Source: Eledone cirrhosa (taxonomy: Eukaryota). From it: a stretch of DNA of 64,000 bases. Under the pieces are notes generated by a model, which did not search any database, was not told where the DNA came from, and saw only the letters and a list, made by a program, of their open reading frames with translations. This document shows positions 1-15,000 of this stretch, piece after piece. The DNA is taken from positions 27,033 through 91,032 of the forward strand of contig CAXHJY010000552.1 in NCBI GenBank assembly GCA_964016885.1. The letters run 5' to 3'. The position numbers were made by a program, and so were the translations under genes. Positions within the stretch are counted from its first letter, which is position 1. Each line of letters starts with the position of its first letter.

Positions 1-3000
1 AGTGGAGCTAACGTCTTTGGTAGTTATAGTGGTGCTAACATCTTTGGTAGTTATAGTGGTGCTAACATCTTTGGTAGTTATAGTGGTGCTAACATCTTTG
101 GTAGTTATAGTGGTGCTAACATCTTTGGTAGTTATAGTGGTGCTAACATCTTTGGTAGTCATAGTGGTGCTAACATCTTTGGTAGTCATAGTGGTGCTAA
201 CATCTTTGGTAGTCATAGTGGTGCTAACATCTTTGGTAGTTATAGTGGTGCTAACATCTTTGGTAGTTATAGTGGTGCTAACGTCTTTGGTAGTTATAGT
301 GGTGCTAACGTCTTTGGGAGTTATAGTGGTGCTAACGTCTTTGGTAGTTATAGTGGTGCTAACATCTTTGGTAGTTATAGTGGTGCTAACATCATTGGTA
401 GTCATAGTGGTGCTAACGTCTTTGGTAGTTATAGTGGTGCTAACATCATTGGTAGTCATAGTGGTGCTAACATCTTTGGTAGTTATAGTGGTGCTAATAT
501 CTTTGGTAGTTATAGTGGTGCTAATATCTTTGGTAGTTATAGTGGTGTTAACGTCTTTGCTAGTTATAGTGGTGCTAACATCTTTGGTAGTTATAGTGGT
601 GCTAACATCTTTGGTAGTTATAGTGGTGCTAACATCTTTGTTAGTTATAGTGGTGCTAACATATTTGGTAGTTATAGTGGTGCTAACATATTTGGTAGTT
701 ATAGTGGTGTTAATATCTTTGGTAGTTATAGTGGTGCTAACATCTTTGGTAGTTATAGTGGTGCTAACATCTTTGGTAGTTATAGTGGTGCTAACATCTT
801 TGGTAGTTATAGTGGTGCTAACATCTTTGGTAGTTATAGTGGTGTTAATATCTTTGGTAGTTATAGTGGTGCTAACATCTTTGGTAGTTATAGTGGTGCT
901 AACATCTTTGGTAGTTATAGTGGTGCTAACATCATTGGTAGTCATAGTGGTGCTAACATCTTTGGTAGTTATAGTGGTGCTAATATCTTTGGTAGTTATA
1001 GTGGTGTTAACGTCTTTGGGAGTTATAGTGGTGCTAACATCTTTGGTAGTTATAGTGGTGCTAACATCTTTGGTAGTTATAGTGGTGCTAATGTCTTTGG
1101 TAGTTATAGTGGTGTTAATATCTTTGGTAGTTATAGTGGTGCTAACATCTTTGGTAGTTATAGTGGTGCTAAGATCTTTGGTAGTTATAGTGGTGCTAAC
1201 ATCTTTGGTAGTTATAGTGGTGTTAATATCTTTGGGAGTCATAGTGGTGCTAACGTCTTTGGTAGTCATAGTGGTGCCAACGTCTTTGGTAGTTATAGTG
1301 GTGCTAACATCTTTGGTAGTTATAGTGGTGCTAACATCTTTGGTAGTTATAGTGGTGCTAACATCTTTGGTAGTTATAGTGGTGCTAACATCTTTGGTAG
1401 TTATAGTGGTGCTAACATCTTTGGTAGTTATAGTGGTGTTAATATCTTTGGTAGTCATAGTGGTGTTAACGTCTTTGGTAGTCATAGTGGTGCTAACATC
1501 TTTGGTAGTTATAGTGGTGCTAACATCTTTGGTAGTTATAGTGGTGTTAATATCTTTGGTAGTTATAGTGGTGTTAATATCTTTGGTAGTTATAGTGGTG
1601 CTAACGTCTTTGGTAGTTATAGTGGTGCTAACGTCTTTGGTAGTTATAGTGGTGTTAACGTCTTTAGTAGTTATAGTGGTGTTAACGTCTTTGGTAGTTA
1701 TAGTGGTGCTAACATCTTTGGTAGTTATAGTGGTGCTAACGTCTTTGGTAGTTATAGTGGTGTTAATGTCTTTGGTAGTTATAGTGGTGCTAATATCTTC
1801 GGTAGTTATAGTGGTGCTAACATCTTTGGTAGTTATAGTGGTGCTAACATCTTTGGTAGTTATAGTGGTGCTAACATCATTGGTAGTCATAGTGGTGCTA
1901 ACATCTTTGGTAGTTATAGTGGTGCTAATATCTTTGGTAGTTATAGTGGTGTTAACGTCTTTGCTAGTTATAGTGGTGCTAACATCTTTGGTAGTTATAG
2001 TGGTGCTAATATCTTTGGTAGTTATAGTGGTGTTAACGTCTTTGCTAGTTATAGTGGTGCTAACATCTTTGGTAGTTATAGTGGTGCTAACATCTTTGGT
2101 AGTTATAGTGGTGCTAACGTTGTTGGTAGTTATAGTGGTGTTAACGTCTTTGGTAGTTATAGTGGTGCTAACGTCTTTGGTAGTTATAGTGGTGCTAACG
2201 TCGTTGGTAGTTATAGTGGTGCTAACGTCGTTGGTAGTTATAGTGGTGCTAACGTCTTTGGTAGTTATAGTGGTGCTAACGTCTTTGGTCGTTATAGTGG
2301 TGCTAACATCTTTGGTAGTTATAGTGGTGCTAACATCTTTGGTAGTTATAGTGGTGTTAACATCTTTGGTAGTTATAGTGGTGTTAACATCTTTGGTAGT
2401 TATAGTGGTGTTAACATCTTTGGTAGTTATAGTGGTGTTAACATCTTTGGTATTTATAGTGGTGCAAACGTCTTCGGTAGTTATAGTGGTGTTAACATCT
2501 TTGGTAGTTATAGTGGTGCTAACATCTTTGGTAGTTATAGTGGTGCTAACGTCTTTGGTAGTTATAGTGGTGCTAACGTCTTTGGTAGTTATAGTGGTGC
2601 TAACGTCTTTGGTAGTTATAGTGGTGCTAACGTCTTTGGTAGTTATAGTGGTGCTAACATCTTTGGTAGTTATAGTGGTGCTAACATCTTTGGTAGTTAT
2701 AGTGGTGCTAACATCTTTGGTTGTTATAGTGGTGCTAACATCTTTGGTAGTTATAGTGGTGCTAACATCTTTGGTAGTTATAGTGGTGCTAACATCTTTG
2801 ATAGTTATAGTGGTGTTAACGTCTTTGGTAGTTATAGTGGTGTTCACGTCTTTAGTAGTTCTAGTGGTGCTAACGTATTTCGTAGTTCTAGTGGTGTTAA
2901 GGTCTTTGGTGGTTACAGTGGTGTTAACATCTTTGGTATTTATAGTGGTGCAAACGTCTTTGGTAGTTATAGTGGTGTTAACATCTTTGGTAGTTATAGT

Positions 3001-6000
3001 GGTGTTAACGTCTTTGGTAGTTATAGTGGTGTTCACGTCTTTAGAAGTTATAGTGGTGCTAACGTCTTTAGTTGTTATAGTGGTGCTAACGTCTTTGGTA
3101 GTTATAGTGGTGCTAACGTCTTTGGTAGTTATAGTGGTGTTAACGTCTTTGGTAGTTATAGTGGTGTTAACGTCTTTGGTAGTTATAGTGGTGTTAACGT
3201 CTTTGGTAGTTATAGTGGTGTTAACGTCTTTGGTAGTTATAGTGGTGTTAACGTCTTTGGTAGTTATGGTGGTGCTAACGTCTTTGGTAGTTATGGTGGT
3301 GCTAACGTCTTTGGTAGTTATAGTGGTGCTAACGTCTTTGGTAGTTATAATGGTTTTAACGTCTTTGGTAGTTATAGTGGTGCTATCATCTTTGGTAGTT
3401 ATAGTGGTGTTAATATCTTTGGTAGTCATAGTGGTGCTAACGTCTTTGGTAGCCATAGTGGTGCTAACATCTTTGGTAGTTATAGTGGTGCTAACATCTT
3501 TGGTAGTTATAGTGGTGCTAACATCTTTGGTAGTTATAGTGGTGCTAACATCTTTGGTAGTTATCGTGGTGCTAACATCTTTGGTAGTTATCGTGGTGCT
3601 AACATCTTTGGTAGTTATAGTGGTGCTAACGTCTTTGGTAGTTATAGTGGTGCTAACGTCTTTGGTAGTTATAGTGGTGCTAAAGTCTTTGGTAGTTATA
3701 GTGGTGTTAATATCTTTCGTAGTCATAGTGGTGCTAACGTCTTTGGTAGTCATAGTGGTGCAAACGTCTTCGGTAGTTATAGTGGTGTTAACATCTTTGG
3801 TAGTTATAGTGGTGCTAACATCTTTGGTAGTTATAGTGGTGCTAACATCTTTGGTAGTTATAGTGGTGCTAACATCTTTGGTAGTTATAGTGGTGCTAAC
3901 ATCTTTGGTAGTTATAGTGGTGCTAACATCTTTGGTAGTTATAGTGGTGCTAACATCTTTGGTAGTTATAGTGGTGTTAACTTCTTTGGTAGTTATAGTG
4001 GTGTTCACGTCTTTAGTAGTTCTTGTGGTGCTAACGTATTTCGTAGTTCTAGTGGTGTTAAGGTCTTTGGTGGTTACAGTGGTGTTAACATCTTTGGTAT
4101 TTATAGTGGTGCAAACGTCTTTGGTAGTTCTAGTGGTGTTAATGTCTTTGGTAGTTATAGTGGTGTTAACATCTTTGGTAGTTATAGTGGTGTTAACGTC
4201 TTTGGTAGTTATAGTGGTGTTCACGTCTTTAGTAGTTATAGTGGTGCTAACGTCTTTAGTTGTTATAGTGGTGCTAACGTCTTTGGTTGTTATAGTGGTG
4301 CTAACGTCTTTGGTAGTTATAGTGGTGTTAACGTCTTTGGTAGTTATAGTGGTGTTAACGTCTTTGGTAGTTATAGTGGTGTTAACGTCTTTGGTAGTTA
4401 TGGTGGTGCTAACGTCTTTGGTAGTTATGGTGGTGCTAACGTCTTTGGTAGTTATAGTGGTGCTAACGTCTTTGGTAGTTATAATGGTTTTATCGTCTTT
4501 GGTAGTTATAGTGGTGCTAACATCTTTGGTAGTTATAGTGGTGTTAATATCTTTGGTAGTCATAGTGGTGCTAACGTCTTTGGTAGTCATAGTGGTGCTA
4601 ACATCTTTGGTAGTTATAGTGGTGCTAACATCTTTGGTAGTTATAGTGGTGCTAACATCTTTGGTAGTTATAGTGGTGCTAACATCTTTGGTAGTTATAG
4701 TGGTGCTAACGTCTTTGGTAGTTATAGTGGTGTTAATATCTTTCGTAGTCATAGTGGTGCTAACGTCTTTGGTAGTCATAGTGGTGCTAACATCTTTGGT
4801 AGTTATAGTGGTGCTAACTTCTTTGGTGGTTATAGTGGTGCTAAGATCTTTGGTAGTTATAGTGGTGCTAACATCTTTGGTAGTTATAGTGGTGTTAATA
4901 TCTTTGGTAGTCATAGTGGTGCTAACGTCTTTGGTAGTCATAGTGGTGCTAACATCTTTGGTAGTTATAGTGGTGCTAACATCTTTGGTAGTTATAGTGG
5001 TGCTAACATCTTTGGTAGTTATAGTGGTGCTAACATCTTTGGTAGTTATAGTGATGCTAACATCTTTGGTAGTTATAGTGGTGCTAACATCTTTGGTAGT
5101 TATAGTGGTGTTAATATCTTTGGTAGTCGTAGTGGTGTTAATGTCTTTGGTAGTCATAGTGGTGCTAACATCTTTGGTAGTTATAGTGGTGCTAACATCT
5201 TTGGTAGTTATAGTGGTGCTAACATCTTTGGTAGTTATAGTGGTGTTAATATCTTTGGTAGTCATAGTGGTGCTAACGTCTTTGGTAGTCATAGTGGTGC
5301 TAACATCTTTGGTAGTTATAGTGGTGCTAACATCTTTGGTAGTTATAGTGGTGCTAACATCTTTGGTAGTTATAGTCGTGCTAACGTCTTTGGTAGTTAT
5401 AGTGGTGCTAACATCTTTGGTAGTTATAGTGGTGCTAACATCTTTGGTAGTTATAGTGGTGCTTACATCTTTGGTAGTTATAATGGTGTTAACATCTTTG
5501 GTTGTTATAGTGGTGTTAACGTCGTTGGTAGTTATAGTGGTGTTAACATCTTTGGTAGTTATAGTGGTGCTAACATCTTTGGTAGTTATAGTGGTGCTAA
5601 CATCTTTGGTAGTTATAGTGGTGCTAACATCTTTGGTAGTTATAGTGGTGCTAACGTCTTTGGTAGTTATAGTGGTGCTAACATCTTTGGTAGTTATAGT
5701 GGTGCTAACATCTTTGGTAGTTATAGTGGTGCTAACATCTTTGGTAGTTATAATGGTGTTAACATCTTTGGTTGTTATAGTGGTGTTAACGTCGTTGGTA
5801 GTTATAGTGATGTTAACATCTTTGGTAGTTATAGTGGTGCTAACGTCTTTGGTAGTTATAGTGGTGCTAACGTCTTTGGTAGTTATCGTGGTGCTAACAT
5901 CTTTGGTAGTCATAGTGGTGCTAACATCTTTGGTAGTTATAGTGGTGCTAACATCTTTGGTAGTTATAGTGGTGCTAACATCTTTGGTAGTTATAGTGGT

Positions 6001-9000
6001 GCTAACATCTTTGGTAGTTATAGTGGTGCTAACATCTTTGGTAGTTATAGTGGTGCTAACATCTTTGGTAGTTATAGTGGTGCTAACATCTTTGGTAGTT
6101 ATAGTGGTGCTAAAGTCTTTGGTAGTTGTAGTGGTGCTAACATCTTTGGTAGTTATAGTGGTGCTAACATCTTTGGTAGTCATAGTAGTGCTAACGTCTT
6201 TGATAGTCATAGTGGTGCTAACCTTTTTGGTAGTCATAGTGGTGCTAACGTTTTTGGTAGTTATAGTGGTGCTAAGATCTTTGGTAGTTATAGTGGTGCT
6301 AACATCTTTGGTAGTTATAGTGGTGCTAACATCTTTGGTCGTTATTTGTGGTGCTAACATCTTTGGTAGTTATAGTGGTGCTAACATCTTTGGTAGTTAT
6401 AGTGGTGCTAACGTCTTTGGTAGTTATAGTGGTGCTAACGTCTTTGGTAGTTATAGTAGTGCTAACGTCTTTGGTAGTTATAATGGTGTTAACGTCTTTG
6501 GTAGTTATAGTTGTGCTAACGTCTTTGGTAATTATAGTGGTGCTAACGTCTTTGGTAGTTATAGTGGTGTTAACGTCGTTGGTAGTTATAGTGGTGTTAA
6601 CGTCTTGGGTAGTTATAGTGGTGCTAACGTCTTGGGTAGTTATAGTGGTGCTAACGTCTTTGGTAGTTATATTGGTGCTAACATCTTTGGTAGTTATAGT
6701 GGTGCTAACGTCGTTGGTAGTTATAGTGGTGTTAACGTCTTTGGTAGTTATAGTGGTGCTAACGTCTTTGGTAGTTATAGTGGTGTTAACGTCTTTGGTA
6801 GTTATAGTGGTGCTAACAACTTAGGTAGTTATAGTGGTGTTAACATCTTTGGGAGTTATAGTGGTGCTAACGTCGTTGGTAGTTATAGTGGTGTTAACGT
6901 CTTTGGTAGTTATAGTGGTGTTAACGTCTTTGGTAGTTATAGTGGTGCTAACGTCTTTGGTAGTTATAGTGGTGCTAACATCTTTGGTAGTTATAGTGGT
7001 GCTAACAACTTTGGTAGTTATAGTGGTGCTAGCATCTTTGGTAGTTATAGTGGTGCTAACGTCGTTGGTAGTTATAGTGGTGTTAACGTCTTTGGTAGTT
7101 ATAGTGGTGCTAACGTCTTTGGTAGTTATAGTGCTGCTAACGTCGTTGGTAGTTCTAGTGGTGCTAAAATATTTGGTAGTTCTAGTGGTGCTAACGTATT
7201 TCGTAGTTCTAGTGATGCTAACGTATTTCGTAGTTCTAGTGGTGTTAACGTCTTTGGTGGTTATAGTGGTGTTAACATCTTTGGTATTATAGTGGTGCAA
7301 ACGTCTTCGGTAGTTATAGTGGTGCTAACATCTTTGGTAGTTATAATGGTGTTAACATCTTTGGTAGTTCTAGTGGTGTTAACATCTTTGGTATTTATAG
7401 TGGTGTTAACATCTTTGGTGTTTATAGTGGTGCTAACATCTTTGGTAGTTATAGTGGTGTTAACATCTTTGGTAGTTATAGTGGTGCTAACATCTTTGGT
7501 AGTTATAATGGTGCTAACGTCTTTGCTAGTTATAGTGGTGCTAACATCTTTGGTAGTTTTAGTGGTGCTAACATCTTTGGTAGTTATAGTGTTGTTAACG
7601 TCTTTGGTAGTTATGGTGGTGCTAACATCTTTGGTAGTTATAGTGGTGTTAACGTCTTTGGTAGTTATAGTGGTGTTAACATGTTTGGTAGTTATGGTGG
7701 TGCTAACATCTTTGGTAGTTATGGTGGTGCTAACATCCTTGGTAGTTATGGTGGTGCTAACATCTTTGGTAGTTATAGTGGTGTTAACGTCTTTGGTAGT
7801 TATAGTGGTGTTAACATGTTTGGTAGTTATGGTGGTGCTAACATCTTTGGTAGTTATGGTGGTGCTAACATCTTCGGTAGTTATAGTGGTGCTAACATCT
7901 TTGGTAGTTATGGTGGTGCTAACATCTTTGGTAGTTATAGTGGTGTTAACATCTTTGGTAGTTATAGTGGTGTTAACATCTTTGGTAGTTAGGGTGGTGC
8001 TAACATCTTTGGTAGTTATAGTGGTATTAACATCTTTGGTAGTTATAGTGGTGTTAACATCTTTGGTAGTTATAGTGGTGCTAACATCTTTGGTAGTTAT
8101 AGTTGTGCTAACGTCTTTGGTAGTTATATTGGTGCTAACATCTTTGGTAGTTATATTGGTGCTAACATCTTTGGTAGTTATAGTGGTGCTAACATCTTTG
8201 GTAGTTATAGTGGTGCTAACGTCTTTGGTAGTTATAGTGGTGCTAACATCTTTGGTAGTTTTAGTGGTGCTAACATCTTTGGTAGTTTTAGTGGTGCTAA
8301 CATCTTTGGTAGTTATAATGGTGCTAACATCTTTGGTAGTTATAGTGGTGCTAACATCTTTGGTAGTTATAGTGGTGCTAACATCTTTGGTAGTTATAGT
8401 GGTGCTAACATCTTTGGTAGTTATAGTGGTGCTAACATCTTTGGTAGTTATAGTGGTGCTAACATCTTTGGTAGTTATAGTGGTGCTAACATCTTTGATA
8501 GTCATAGTGGTGCTAACATCTTTGGTAGTTATAGTGGTGCTAACGTCTTTGGTAGTTATAGTGGTGCTAACATCTTTGGTAGTTATAGTGGTTCTAACGT
8601 CTTTGGTAGTTCTAGTGGTGTTAACATCTTTGGTAGTTATAATGGTGCTAACATCTTGGGTAGATATAGTGGTGTTAACGTCTTTGGTAGTTCTAGTGGT
8701 GCTAACATCTTTGGTAGTTATAGTGGTGCTAACGTCTTTGGTAGTTATAGTGGTGCTAACATCTTTGGTAGTTCTAGTGGTGCTAACGTCTTTAGTAGTT
8801 ATAATGGTTCTAACATCTTTGGTAGTTATAGTGGTGTTAACATCTTTGGTAGTTATAGTGGTGCTAACATCTTTGGTCGTTATAGAGGTGCTAACTTCTT
8901 TGGTAGTTATAGTGGTGCTAACTTCTTTGGTAGTTATATTGGTGATAACGTCTTTGGTAGTTATAGTGGTGTTAACATCTTTCGTAGTTATAGTGGTGTT

Positions 9001-12000
9001 AACGTCTTTTGTAGTTATAGTGGTGCTAACATCTTTCGTAGTTATAGTGGTGCTAACGTCTTTGGTAGTTATAGTGGTGTTAACGTCTTTGGTAGTTATA
9101 GTGGTGTTAACATCTTTGGTAGTTATAGTGGTGCTAACGTCTTTGGTAGTTATAGTGGTGTTAACATCTTTGGTAGTTATAGTGGTGTTAACATCTTTGG
9201 TAGTTCTAGTGGTGCTAACATCTTTGGTAGTTATAGTGGTGCTAACGTCTTTGGTAGTTATAGTGGTGTTAACGTCTTTGGTAGTTATAGTGGTGTTAAC
9301 ATCTTTGGTAATTATAGTGGTGCTAACGTCGTTGGTAGTTATAGTGGTGTTAACATCTTTGGTAGTTCCAGTGGTGTTAACATCTTTGGTAGTTATAGTG
9401 GTGTTAACGTCTTTGGTGGTTATAGTGGTGCTAACGTCGTTGGTAGTTATAGTGGTGTTAACGTCTTTGGTAGTTATAGTGGTGTTAACATCTTTGGTAA
9501 TTATAGTGGTGATAACGTCGTTGGTAGTTATAGTGGTGTTAACATCTTTGGTAGTTATAGTGGTGTTAACATCTTTGGTAATTCTAGTGGTTTTAACATC
9601 TTTGGTAGTTATAGTGGTGCTAACATCTTTGGTAGTTATAGTGGTGCTAACGTCTTTGGTAGTTATAGTGGTGCTAACATCTTTGGTAGTTTTAGTGGTG
9701 CTAACATCTTTGGTAGTTATAATGGTGCTAACATCTTTGGTAGTTATAATGGTGCTAACATCTTTGGTAGTTATAGTGGTGCTAACATCTTTGGTAGTTA
9801 TAGTGGTGCTAACATCTTTGGTAGTTATAGTGGTGCTAACATCTTTGGTAGTTATAGTGGTGCTAACATCTTTGGTAGTTATAGTGGTGCTAACATCTTT
9901 GGTAGTTATAGTGGTGCTAACATCTTTGATAGTCATAGTGGTGCTAACATCTTTGGTAGTTATAGTGGTGCTAACGTCTTTGGTAGTTATAGTGGTGCTA
10001 ACATCTTTGGTAGTTATAGTGGTTCTAACGTCTTTGGTAGTTCTAGTGGTGTTAACATCTTTGGTAGTTATAATGGTGCTAACATCTTTGGTAGTTATAA
10101 TGGTGCTAACATCTTGGGTAGATATAGTGGTGTTAACGTCTTTGGTAGTTCTAGTGGTGCTAACATCTTTGGTAGTTATAGTGGTGCTAACGTCTTTGGT
10201 AGTTATAGTGGTGCTAACATCTTTGGTAGTTCTAGTGGTGCTAACGTCTTTAGTAGTTATAATGGTTCTAACATCTTTGGTAGTTATAGTGGTGTTAACA
10301 TATTTGGTAGTTATAGTGGTGCTAACATCTTTGGTCGTTATAGAGGTGCTAACTTCTTTGGTAGTTATAGTGGTGCTAACTTCTTTGGTAGTTATAGTGG
10401 TGATAACGTCTTTGGTAGTTATAGTGGTGTTAACATCTTTCGTAGTTATAGTGGTGTTAACGTCTTTTGTAGTTATAGTGGTGCTAACATCTTTCGTAGT
10501 TATAGTGGTGCTAACGTCTTTGGTAGTTATAGTGGTGTTAACGTCTTTGGTAGTTATAGTGGTGTTAACATCTTTGGTAGTTATAGTGGTGCTAACGTCT
10601 TTGGTAGTTATAGTGGTGTTAACATCTTTGGTAGTTCTAGTGGTGCTAACATCTTTGGTAGTTATAGTGGTGCTAACGTCTTTGGTAGTTATAGTGGTGT
10701 TAACATCTTTGGTAATTATAGTGGTGCTAACGTCGTTGGTAGTTATAGTGGTGTTAACATCTTTGGTAGTTCCAGTGGTGTTAACATCTTTGGTAGTTAT
10801 AGTGGTGTTAACGTCTTTGGTGGTTATAGTGGTGCTAACGTCGTTGGTAGTTATAGTGGTGTTAACGTCTTTGGTAGTTATAGTGGTGTTAACATCTTTG
10901 GTAATTATAGTGGTGATAACGTCGTTGGTAGTTATAGTGGTGTTAACATCTTTGGTAGTTATAGTGGTGTTAACATCTTTGGTAGTTCTAGTGGTGTTAA
11001 CGTCTTTGGTAGTTATAGTAGTGCTAACGTCTTTGGTAGTTATAGTGGTGCTAACATCTTTGGTAGTTATAGTCGTGTTAACGTCTTTGGTAGTTATAGT
11101 GGTGTTAACATCTTTGGTAGTTATAGTGGTGTTAACGTTTTTGGTAGTTATAGTGGTGTTAACGTCTTTGGTAGTTATAGTGGTGTTAACGTCTTTGGTA
11201 GTTATAGTGGTGCTAACGTCTTTGGTAGTTATAGTGGTGCTAACGTCTTTGGTAGTTATAGTGGTGCTAACGTCTTTGGTAGTTATAGTGGTGTTAACAT
11301 CTTTGGTAGTTATAGTGGTGTTAACATCTTTGGTAGTTATAGTGGTGCTAACATCTTTGGTAGTTATAATGGTGCTAACATCTTTGGTAGTTATAGTGGT
11401 TCTAACGTCTTTGGTAGTTCTAGTGGTGTTAACATCTTTGGTAGTTATAATGGTGCTAACATCTTGGGTAGATATAGTGGTGTTAACGTCTTTGGTAGTT
11501 CTAGTGGTGCTAACATCTTTGGTAGTTATAGTGGTGCTAACGTCTTTGGTAGTTATAGTGGTGCTAACATCTTTGGTAGTTCTAGTGGTGCTAACGTCTT
11601 TAGTAGTTATAATGGTTCTAACATCTTTGGTAGTTATAGTGGTGTTAACATCTTTGGTAGTTATAGTGGTGCTAACATCTTTGGTCGTTATAGAGGTGCT
11701 AACTTCTTTGGTAGTTATAGTGGTGCTAACTTCTTTGGTAGTTATAGTGGTGATAACGTCTTTGGTAGTTATAGTGGTGTTAACATCTTTCGTAGTTATA
11801 GTGGTGTTAACGTCTTTTGTAGTTATAGTGGTGCTAACATCTTTCGTAGTTATAGTGGTGCTAACGTCTTTGGTAGTTATAGTGGTGTTAACGTCTTTGG
11901 TAGTTATAGTGGTGTTAACATCTTTGGTAGTTATAGTGGTGCTAACGTCTTTGGTAGTTATAGTGGTGTTAACATCTTTGGTAGTTCTAGTGGTGCTAAC

Positions 12001-15000
12001 ATCTTTGGTAGTTATAGTGGTGCTAACGTCTTTGGTAGTTATAGTGGTGTTAACGTCTTTGGTAGTTATAGTGGTGTTAACATCTTTGGTAATTATAGTG
12101 GTGCTAACGTCGTTGGTAGTTATAGTGGTGTTAACATCTTTGGTAGTTCCAGTGGTGTTAACATCTTTGGTAGTTATAGTGGTGTTAACGTCTTTGGTGG
12201 TTATAGTGGTGCTAACGTCGTTGGTAGTTATAGTGGTGTTAACGTCTTTGGTAGTTATAGTGGTGTTAACATCTTTGGTAATTATAGTGGTGATAACGTC
12301 GTTGGTAGTTATAGTGGTGTTAACATCTTTGGTAGTTATAGTGGTGTTAACATCTTTGGTAATTCTAGTGGTTTTAACATCTTTGGTAGTTATAGTGGTG
12401 CTAACATCTTTGGTAGTTATAGTTGTGCTAACGTCTTTGGTAGTTATATTGGTGCTAACATCTTTGGTAGTTATATTGGTGCTAACATCTTTGGTAGTTA
12501 TAGTGGTGCTAACATCTTTGGTAGTTATAGTGGTGCTAACGTCTTTGGTAGTTATAGTGGTGCTAACATCTTTGGTAGTTTTAGTGGTGCTAACATCTTT
12601 GGTAGTTATAATGGTGCTAACATCTTTGGTAGTTATAGTGGTGCTAACATCTTTGGTAGTTATAGTGGTGCTAACATCTTTGGTAGTTATAGTGGTGCTA
12701 ACATCTTTGGTAGTTATAGTGGTGCTAACATCTTTGGTAGTTATAGTGGTGCTAACATCTTTGGTAGTTATAGTGGTGCTAACATCTTTGATAGTCATAG
12801 TGGTGCTAACATCTTTGGTAGTTATAGTGGTGCTAACGTCTTTGGTAGTTATAGTGGTGCTAACATCTTTGGTAGTTATAGTGGTTCTAACGTCTTTGGT
12901 AGTTCTAGTGGTGTCAACATCTTTGGTAGTTATAATGGTGCTAACATCTTTGGTAGTTATAATGGTGCTAACATCTTGGGTAGATATAGTGGTGTTAACG
13001 TCTTTGGTAGTTCTAGTGGTGCTAACATCTTTGGTAGTTATAGTGGTGCTAACGTCTTTGGTAGTTATAGTGGTGCTAACATCTTTGGTAGTTCTAGTGG
13101 TGCTAACGTCTTTAGTAGTTATAATGGTTCTAACATCTTTGGTAGTTATAGTGGTGTTAACATATTTGGTAGTTATAGTGGTGCTAACATCTTTGGTCGT
13201 TATAGAGGTGCTAACTTCTTTGGTAGTTATAGTGGTGCTAACTTCTTTGGTAGTTATAGTGGTGATAACGTCTTTGGTAGTTATAGTGGTGTTAACATCT
13301 TTCGTAGTTATAGTGGTGTTAACGTCTTTTGTAGTTATAGTGGTGCTAACATCTTTCGTAGTTATAGTGGTGCTAACGTCTTTGGTAGTTATAGTGGTGT
13401 TAACGTCTTTGGTAGTTATAGTGGTGTTAACATCTTTGGTAGTTATAGTGGTGCTAACGTCTTTGGTAGTTATAGTGGTGTTAACATCTTTGGTAGTTCT
13501 AGTGGTGCTAACATCTTTGGTAGTTATAGTGGTGCTAACGTCTTTGGTAGTTATAGTGGTGTTAACATCTTTGGTAATTATAGTAGTGCTAACGTCGTTG
13601 GTAGTTATAGTGGTGTTAACATCTTTGGTAGTTCCAGTGGTGCTAACATCTTTGGTAGTTATAGTTGTGCTAACGTCTTTGGTAGTTATATTGGTGCTAA
13701 CATCTTTGGTAGTTATATTGGTGCTAACATCTTTGGTAGTTATAGTGGTGCTAACATCTTTGGTAGTTATAGTGGTGCTAACGTCTTTGGTAGTTATAGT
13801 GGTGCTAACATCTTTGGTAGTTTTAGTGGTGCTAACATCTTTGGTAGTTATAATGGTGCTAACATCTTTGGTAGTTATAGTGGTGCTAACATCTTTGGTA
13901 GTTATAGTGGTGCTAACATCTTTGGTAGTTATAGTGGTGCTAACATCTTTGGTAGTTATAGTGGTGCTAACATCTTTGGTAGTTATAGTGGTGCTAACAT
14001 CTTTGGTAGTTATAGTGGTGCTAACATCTTTGGTAGTTATAGTGGTGCTAACATCTTTGATAGTCATAGTGGTGCTAACATCTTTGGTAGTTATAGTGGT
14101 GCTAACATCTTTGGTAGTTATAGTGGTTCTAACGTCTTTGGTAGTTCTAGTGGTGTTAACATCTTTGGTAGTTATAATGGTGCTAACATCTTTGGTAGTT
14201 ATAATGGTGCTAACATCTTGGGTAGATATAGTGGTGTTAACGTCTTTGGTAGTTCTAGTGGTGCTAACATCTTTGGTAGTTATACTGGTGCTAACGTCTT
14301 TGGTAGTTATAGTGGTGCTAACATCTTTGGTAGTTCTAGTGGTGCTAACGTCTTTAGTAGTTATAATGGTTCTAACATCTTTGGTAGTTATAGTGGTGTT
14401 AACATCTTTGGTAGTTATAGTGGTGCTAACATCTTTGGTCGTTATAGAGGTGGTAACTTCTTTGGTAGTTATAGTGGTGCTAACTTCTTTGGTAGTTATA
14501 TTGGTGATAACGTCTTTGGTAGTTATAGTGGTGTTAACATCTTTCGTAGTTATAGTGGTGTTAACGTCTTTTGTAGTTATAGTGGTGCTAACATCTTTCG
14601 TAGTTATAGTGGTGCTAACGTCTTTGGTAGTTATAGTGGTGTTAACGTCTTTGGTAGTTATAGTGGTGTTAACATCTTTGGTAGTTATAGTGGTGCTAAC
14701 GTCTTTGGTAGTTATAGTGGTGTTAACATCTTTGGTAGTTATAGTGGTGTTAACATCTTTGGTAGTTCTAGTGGTGCTAACATCTTTGGTAGTTATAGTG
14801 GTGCTAACGTCTTTGGTAGTTATAGTGGTGTTAACGTCTTTGGTAGTTATAGTGGTGTTAACATCTTTGGTAATTATAGTGGTGCTAACGTCGTTGGTAG
14901 TTATAGTGGTGTTAACATCTTTGGTAGTTCCAGTGGTGTTAACATCTTTGGTAGTTATAGTGGTGTTAACGTCTTTGGTGGTTATAGTGGTGCTAACGTC

